A stretch of 54,258 nt of DNA, the filler included, from Actinomycetota bacterium (GTDB lineage Bacteria > Actinomycetota > Acidimicrobiia > IMCC26256 > VFJJ01), in assembly GCA_009886115.1 (NCBI GenBank). It is 5 parts of 5 records of this genome, joined end to end, with 100 filler letters (N's around TTAATTAATTAA, not from the genome) between each part and the next. Parts side by side here need not be neighbours in the genome. Positions count along the whole stretch, not along the records: positions 48,697 to 54,258 come from VFJJ01000207.1; 4 more parts are not named here. One strand, 5' to 3'. How positions within the stretch are numbered: position 1 is the stretch's first letter; each line of letters starts with the position of its first letter. The translations under genes and the position numbers were made by a program. Under the pieces are notes generated by a model. The model saw only the letters and a list, made by a program, of their open reading frames with translations, was not told the origin of the DNA and ran no database searches. Below are positions 48,822-54,258 of the stretch, piece after piece.

Positions 48822-49562
48822 GTGCGCCCGGCTGGTCCTGCCGATGCTCCGGCAATCGCCGCGCTGCACGCAGCGCGGATCGGCGAAGGTTTCCTCGCCT
48901 CGCTCGGTGAGCCCTTCCTCAGGCGTCTGTACCGCCGGATCTCGCTGCACCCCGGATCGTGGGTGATGGTCGCCGAGCTCGACGGGACGGTCGTGGGCAT
49001 GGCTTCGGGCACCTTGGCCACACGGCGTCTCTACCGTTCGTTCATCCTCCGCGACGGGTTCGCCGCCGCCTGGACCGCTGCCCCGCGCCTGGCGCGATCG
49101 TGGCGGCTGGTGCTCGAGACGCTGCGCTATCCGGGGGCGGGGGAGCCGTCCCCGGGCGACGGATCGGTCCATGACGCGACGAGTGCGGGTACCGAAACCG
49201 GCCACGCCAGGCTGAGTCACGCCGGGGCGGTTCCGGAGTTGCCGCACGCCGAGATCCTCTCGGTCGCGGTCTCCGACGCCGCCGGCGGACGGGGCGTCGG
49301 CACCGCCGTGGTCGGCGCCGCGCTCGACGAGTTCCGACGGCGTCGTGTGGAAGCCGTGCGGGTGGTGACCGTCGTCGGCAACGACAGCGCCGTTCGCATG
49401 TACGAGCGGTGCGGGTTCGTCAAGCACTCCCGTACCGAGGTGCACGCGGGCATCGCCCAGGAGGTGCTCGTCTGGCGGGAGGCGGCACCGGCGTCGCCCG
49501 CCGCGTCCGCACCGTCCGCACCGTCCGCACCGGCAGCGCCGTCCGAGGACCTCGCCCGATGA
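48822..49562 (+). CDS. GNAT acetyltransferase (polysaccharide-locus type)
   Basis: GFLASLGEPFLRRLY, EILSVAVSDAAGGRGVG, NDSAVRMYERCGF; the start may lie upstream. Confidence 0.85.
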   Translation: MRPAGPADAPAIAALHAARIGEGFLASLGEPFLRRLYRRISLHPGSWVMVAELDGTVVGMASGTLATRRLYRSFILRDGFAAAWTAAPRLARSWRLVLETLRYPGAGEPSPGDGSVHDATSAGTETGHARLSHAGAVPELPHAEILSVAVSDAAGGRGVGTAVVGAALDEFRRRRVEAVRVVTVVGNDSAVRMYERCGFVKHSRTEVHAGIAQEVLVWREAAPASPAASAPSAPSAPAAPSEDLAR

Positions 49563-50497
49563 CCTACGTCGCGTTCGTCGCCTTCCTGGTCGCGGTGATC
49601 GCCACCCCGATTGCCGGGCGCGTGGCCCAGCGGGTGGGGATCGTCGACCATCCAGGTCCGCTCAAGGTTCATCAGAAGCCCGTGCCGTACCTCGGTGGCA
49701 TCGCTGTCTTCGCGGGGCTCGCGGTCTCCATGGGCGAGACCGACATCGCGCTCCTCGGTCCGCCGCTCGCCGCACTCGTGCTCGGCGTCGTCGACGATGC
49801 GACCGACCTCCCGCCCAAGTTGCGTCTGGCCGCCGAGGGGCTCATCGGCATCGGTGTGGCCCTCGCCGTTCCCCACCACGGCGTGCTCCCGTTCCTCGCC
49901 GCCGTGGGCGCCACGGTCGTGCTCATCAACGCCGTCAACCTGATCGACGGTCTCGACGGTCTCTCGTCGGGGGTCGCCCTCGCCGGAGCCGTCGGGTTCT
50001 GCTGGGTGCTCGAAGGCGAGGGACGGGCGTTGGCGCTGGGCCTCGCCGGGGCCCTCGTGGGGTTCCTCGTGTGGAACCGGCCTCCCGCTCGGATCTACCT
50101 GGGCGACGGTGGTGCCTATCTGCTGGGCACGACCCTGGCGGTGATGCTCGCCTCGAGCTGGACCCCCGATGGCGCCATCGGCCGGCCCGTCGCGTCGCTG
50201 CTGCTCGTGGCCGTGCCGGTGGTCGACACCACGGTGGCCATCGTGCGGCGCGTCCGCACGAGCGCCCCGTTGTTCGAAGGCGATCGGGGCCATGTGTACG
50301 ACCAGCTCGTCGACCGGGGCCGACGGGCACCGGTGGCGGTGCTCTGGTGCGTCGGTGCCGCAGCCGTCCTGGCGACGGTGGGATCGCTGGCGACCCGGCT
50401 CGACACGCCTGGCGCACTGGTCGTCACCGGACTGGCCGTGGTGGCGGTGCTCGCGGTCGTGGTGGTCGCCCGGTTCACGAGCCCGCCCGGGGGGTGA
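49559..50497 (+). CDS. WecA/MraY-family polyprenyl-phosphate HexNAc-1-phosphate transferase
   Basis: KVHQKPVPYLGG, LGVVDD, NAVNLIDGLDG, NRPPARIYLGDGG, GDRGH; ATGA overlap with GNAT. Confidence 0.92.
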   Translation: MTYVAFVAFLVAVIATPIAGRVAQRVGIVDHPGPLKVHQKPVPYLGGIAVFAGLAVSMGETDIALLGPPLAALVLGVVDDATDLPPKLRLAAEGLIGIGVALAVPHHGVLPFLAAVGATVVLINAVNLIDGLDGLSSGVALAGAVGFCWVLEGEGRALALGLAGALVGFLVWNRPPARIYLGDGGAYLLGTTLAVMLASSWTPDGAIGRPVASLLLVAVPVVDTTVAIVRRVRTSAPLFEGDRGHVYDQLVDRGRRAPVAVLWCVGAAAVLATVGSLATRLDTPGALVVTGLAVVAVLAVVVVARFTSPPGG

Positions 50498-50500
50498 GCC

Positions 50501-51700
50501 GTGCGTTGCTGGCAGCTCGACATCCTCGGCATCGGGGTCGATCTCGACGTCCGGGCCGCACCGGCGTTGCTCGATGTGCTCGACGACACGCTGGCCGACC
50601 TCCTCGACCGCCGGGCCGGGTCCGACGGCCTGCCGAGCGTCCGGCGGAGGCTGGTTCTCGACCTCGACGCGTCGACGCTCACCGACGGCGACAAGGTCGT
50701 GGCGACCGGGTTCGCGCCCGAGGATGCCCAGGAGTGGCTCTGGTGGCACCTGAACCGCATCGGAGCCACCCACCCTTCGCTCACCACGGTGCACGCCGGA
50801 GTGGTGGCGACGGACCGGGGGGCGGTGGTGATCCCCGGCTCGGCCGGCGCCGGGAAGTCGACCCTCACGGCCGCGCTCGTGGGTGCTGGATGGCGCTATC
50901 TCTCTGACGAGCTGGCCGCGCTGAGCCGAGGAGCAGCGCTCGTGCACGCCTACCGGCGGCCGCTGAGCCTGCACCCCACGTCGGCGCGACTGCTCCGCCT
51001 CGACGGGCCGGGCGCCAGCGAGGGGCACGACCGTCCCGAGTTCGTCGCGTCGCGCCGTCTCGTCCGACCCGGGGCCGACACCACGACGCACCGGGCGGCG
51101 CCACGGTCGGCGGTACCGGTCATGGTCGTGTTCCCCCGGTTCGGCGGATCGGAACGGGGGACGGGGCGCGACGTCGAGCCTCTCGGCCCGGCTGACACGT
51201 TGCTCGGGTTGATCGCCAACGGCTCGAACCTGGCGATCAACGGCCAACGAGCGTTCTCGACCCTGGCGGCCCTGGCGGGACGGGCACCCGGGTTCGTCGT
51301 CGACACCACCGATCTCCCTGGCGCGGTCGAGGCCGTCACCGAGCTGGCCGCTCGGGCCCAGGCTCCGGGCGGCCCCGAACTGATGGCACGGCCCTCGGCC
51401 TCGGTCGTCGAGGTCAGGCGGGGCCCCCTGCGATGCTCGGAGGTCCAGGCCCTGGCCTGGCCGCAGGACCGGGGCGACCTCGTGCTCTTCGACGCCGCCA
51501 CCGGCCTGACGCACCGCCTCAACGGACCCGCTGCCGAGGTGTGGCTCCGCTGCGACGGGAGCCGATCGGTCGGCCAGATCGCAGGCGAGCTGGGCGAGCA
51601 CTTTCACGGTGCCGACGTCGCGCTCCAGGCCGGGTCGGTGATCGATCGGCTGGTCGAGCTGGGTGCCGTCGAGCTCGACCACGTGCACCGGTCGGGATGA
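50501..51700 (+). CDS. HPr-kinase-related P-loop kinase fused to a C-terminal PqqD/RRE domain
   Basis: VHAGVV...GSAGAGKSTL...WRYLSDELA; C-terminal DLVLFDAATGLTHRLNGPAAEVWLRCDGSRSVGQIAGEL. Confidence 0.87.
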   Translation: MRCWQLDILGIGVDLDVRAAPALLDVLDDTLADLLDRRAGSDGLPSVRRRLVLDLDASTLTDGDKVVATGFAPEDAQEWLWWHLNRIGATHPSLTTVHAGVVATDRGAVVIPGSAGAGKSTLTAALVGAGWRYLSDELAALSRGAALVHAYRRPLSLHPTSARLLRLDGPGASEGHDRPEFVASRRLVRPGADTTTHRAAPRSAVPVMVVFPRFGGSERGTGRDVEPLGPADTLLGLIANGSNLAINGQRAFSTLAALAGRAPGFVVDTTDLPGAVEAVTELAARAQAPGGPELMARPSASVVEVRRGPLRCSEVQALAWPQDRGDLVLFDAATGLTHRLNGPAAEVWLRCDGSRSVGQIAGELGEHFHGADVALQAGSVIDRLVELGAVELDHVHRSG

Positions 51701-51981
51701 CCACGTTACGTAGCTGAACGCCGGCCCCCTGGGGTTTCCCCCCTCGGCCCGACTTCGCAACCAACTGGATTTGTCCGCCGGGATCGGGCAAAATCATTGA
51801 CACAGCGTGGTCGATCACGTCGCGCAGTGGTCGATTCGGCCGGCTGTGCGTGGGTTGTTCCACAGAGTGGGACGAGCGACGGCGACTGACCACAGCATCG
51901 TCACGGGAGTCGATACGCTCCCCTCGACGGGGGTCGCCAGCGAACGGTCCGATGGGTATCGGACACTTGGGAGAGCAGCGA

Positions 51982-54258
51982 ATGCGGGCATTGCGGACGT
52001 GGATTTCCCGACGGCGCGGGGTCGCAGCGCTCGTCGCTGTCGGTCTCGTCGCCAGCTCCGCCGCCGTCGCCATCCTGGCGCTGCCCGCCTCGGCCGCCCC
52101 CCCGACGGTGGTCGACGACACCTACGCCGTGGCCACGGGCGGCACCCTCGTCGTCAACGCGGCCGAGGGCGTGCTGGCCAACGACACCAACCCCGATTCG
52201 GGCGAGGGCGCACTCGTCGCCATCTGGGCGGCCCTGCCGATCACCACGGCCAACGGGGGCAAGGTCACCGCAGCTGGTGCGAACGGGTCGTTCACCTACG
52301 ACGGCACCGGCGTCGCCACCGCGACCGACTCGTTCGACTACGACGCCGACGACGGCCCCGGCGGAGACCCGCCGGTCACCGGCACGGTCACCATCGTGTT
52401 CGGCACCAACACCAAGCCCACGCTCTCGGCGGTGGCTGACCAGACCTGGGCCGTCGGCGGCGCTGTCTCGGCCACGCTGAACGTGACCGTGAGCGACCCC
52501 GACACGGCGCTCGGCTCGGTCACCGTGAGCGGGTCAGCGGTACCGATCGGGAACTTCACGGTCGGCCCTGTCACCGGTAGCGGGTCCACCCGAACCGTCA
52601 CGCTCACTCGCACTCCTGGTGCCAGCACCGGCCCCACCACCATCACGCTCGTCGCCGACGACCGCACCGGCCCCGGCCCCACAACCCAGGGCCCCCCCGA
52701 GACCTTCATCGTCACCGCCGGCCCCGGCAGCCCCCCGGTCATCACCGGCCTCCCCGCCACCAAGACTGTCTTCGAAGATCCCACGCAATCGCAGGTGAAG
52801 ACCGACTTCACGGTGACCGACGTCCCTGATCTGAACGCCCCAGCGTCGACTGTAGGCGTCTCGGCGACATCCTCGAACGTCGCGCTCGTGCCTGCGCTCG
52901 TCCCGACGATCCCCACGGTCCCTACAGGCACTGTTGGGTCGGCGTTCCCGAGCCCAAACGACGATGCCAACAGCACCGCTTTCGGAACGACCACGATCAC
53001 CGTACGGGCGACCGACCAGTCGGGAGCATTCACCGAGGACACATTTGACCTCACGGTCGCGGCGGTGAACGACCCTCCCGTCGCTCGTCCAGATGGTGTC
53101 AGTCCCGTTATCAACGTGCTGGAGGGAACTCCCGTCGATATTGACGTCCTACTCAACGACGATGACCTCGACGACGCGCCGAATCCACCTCCGCAATCCG
53201 GGTTACGCCTTGCAACCGGGAACGTCGGACTGAGCGTCACCCTGCAACCCGACAACGGCGCAGCAGTTGCGATTCTCCCGGCCGGGTCACCGGTCGGTAC
53301 TCGACCGATCATCCGTTACACCCCATCGGGAGAGTTCAGCGGAAGCGACACCTTCGAGTACAGGATTTGCGACATTGGGTTCCCGCTCCCGCGTGCCTGC
53401 GCCGTCGATATTCCAGTGACCGTGAATGTCATTGCCGTCGACGATCGTCCTATCGCGGTGCCTGATATGTATCCGGTTCCGAACCCCACGGGGTCGTTAA
53501 CCGTCCTGCCTACGAGCGGGCTGATCCAGAACGACACCGATATCGACGGCCCGCTGCCGCTGACTGTCCATCCGTTCCCGCTGCCAACTACGCAGCCACT
53601 CCCGGGGCAGCCCTACATCCTTGTGAGCCCCAGGGGCACGCTGACGCTCAGGACCGACGGATCGTTCACGTTCGCGCCCTCAGGTCTCGGTGGTGTGGCG
53701 AGCTTCGCCTACACGGCGTGCGGGCCCACCGGGCCACCCTTTGGCCCAACGGCTTGTAGCGCGTCTTCGACCGTGACATTCGATGTCGCCAATACCCCTC
53801 CTGTCGCCGCGGCCGACTCGTACACCACGCTCGAGGACACCGTTCTCGATGTCAACGGGTTCGATGGCTCGCCTCCCCTGTTGGTGGCAAACGACACTGA
53901 CGCCAACGGAGACGTCTTGTCGGCCAGCAGTTTCCCTGTCAACCCGACGATCTTCCCCCAGGGGACCCTGGCGGTGGCCCCGACCGGTCAGCTCACGTTC
54001 ACTCCGGCGTTGAACCAGACCGGGCTAGTGACATTCTTCTACACGGCGTTCGATGGGGTGGCCGCTTCACCGCGGGCCACCGTCGAGATCACCGTCTTTC
54101 CGGTGAACGATCCGCCGGTGGGTATCGCCGACACGGCGCTCAACCTGCTGGTGGGGCAGGCGTCGGCGATCGCCGTGCTGGCCAACGACTCCGATCCCGA
54201 CGGCGTCGCCGACACGCGCCACGTGGCTTCCTTCTCGCAGTCGGTCGAGGGCGGCACG
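51982..54258 (+). CDS. Large secreted protein with cadherin/Big_9 (tandem-95) Ig-like repeats (runs off the window)
   Basis: Manual translation: MRALRTWISRRRGVAALVAVG...PASA signal, then VDDTY...GVLANDT, VNDPPVA, VLLNDDD, FSGSDTFEY, NTPPVAAADSYTTLEDT. Not in the ORF track (no stop). Confidence 0.88.
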   Translation, partial: MRALRTWISRRRGVAALVAVGLVASSAAVAILALPASAAPPTVVDDTYAVATGGTLVVNAAEGVLANDTNPDSGEGALVAIWAALPITTANGGKVTAAGANGSFTYDGTGVATATDSFDYDADDGPGGDPPVTGTVTIVFGTNTKPTLSAVADQTWAVGGAVSATLNVTVSDPDTALGSVTVSGSAVPIGNFTVGPVTGSGSTRTVTLTRTPGASTGPTTITLVADDRTGPGPTTQGPPETFIVTAGPGSPPVITGLPATKTVFEDPTQSQVKTDFTVTDVPDLNAPASTVGVSATSSNVALVPALVPTIPTVPTGTVGSAFPSPNDDANSTAFGTTTITVRATDQSGAFTEDTFDLTVAAVNDPPVARPDGVSPVINVLEGTPVDIDVLLNDDDLDDAPNPPPQSGLRLATGNVGLSVTLQPDNGAAVAILPAGSPVGTRPIIRYTPSGEFSGSDTFEYRICDIGFPLPRACAVDIPVTVNVIAVDDRPIAVPDMYPVPNPTGSLTVLPTSGLIQNDTDIDGPLPLTVHPFPLPTTQPLPGQPYILVSPRGTLTLRTDGSFTFAPSGLGGVASFAYTACGPTGPPFGPTACSASSTVTFDVANTPPVAAADSYTTLEDTVLDVNGFDGSPPLLVANDTDANGDVLSASSFPVNPTIFPQGTLAVAPTGQLTFTPALNQTGLVTFFYTAFDGVAASPRATVEITVFPVNDPPVGIADTALNLLVGQASAIAVLANDSDPDGVADTRHVASFSQSVEGGT

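Noticed and set aside
48697..51700. Lasso-peptide or PQQ biosynthesis cluster suggested by PqqD domains
   Set aside because: No asparagine-synthetase-like cyclase, B2 peptidase, precursor or pqqBCE genes are visible in the window.
49217..51760. 847-aa minus-strand ORF (likewise 5413-7770 and 4529-6199)
   Set aside because: Antisense shadows of motif-bearing plus-strand genes.
51797..51830. TTGACA -35 box upstream of the large surface-protein gene
   Set aside because: No convincing -10 element at the proper spacing.

Overview
High-GC actinobacterial DNA, probably an Acidimicrobiia-like draft genome or MAG (inferred from gene content). Five contigs are joined by artificial N-TTAATTAATTAA-N linkers (7940-8039, 15143-15242, 41153-41252, 48597-48696), so adjacency across linkers is not biological evidence. 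Contig 1 is part of a surface-polysaccharide locus: an in-frame GT4/CE4-deacetylase fusion missed by the ORF track, a UDP-HexNAc dehydrogenase, an epimerase, a Wzz/Wzc-like protein with a degenerate P-loop, and a GT4 with a C-terminal PqqD-like domain. Contig 2 has a cyclase-STAND ATPase, a DUF222-HNH gene, a phytoene-dehydrogenase-like oxidoreductase and an EthD protein. Contig 3 has two FtsX-type permeases, a histidine kinase, a cupredoxin lipoprotein, aceE, two tRNA-Val genes that show integration traces (one with a 1.7-kb element bounded by 90-bp direct repeats), many gene relics and housekeeping genes. Contig 4 is a mobile/defence-like island with IS630, a probable IS21 end, two PIN toxin-antitoxin pairs, an orphan XRE antitoxin and an integrase relic. 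It also holds the best candidate for a novel system: a translationally coupled operon of DUF3883 nuclease remnant, SAM-methyltransferase fused to three RpsA-like S1 domains, a 14-codon linker ORF, and an ALKBH2/3-type AlkB (a possible methylation writer/eraser module). Contig 5 has GNAT, a WecA/MraY-family transferase, an HPr-kinase-like/PqqD fusion and a large Ig-repeat secreted protein. All assignments are by-eye motif recognition; no database searches were run.
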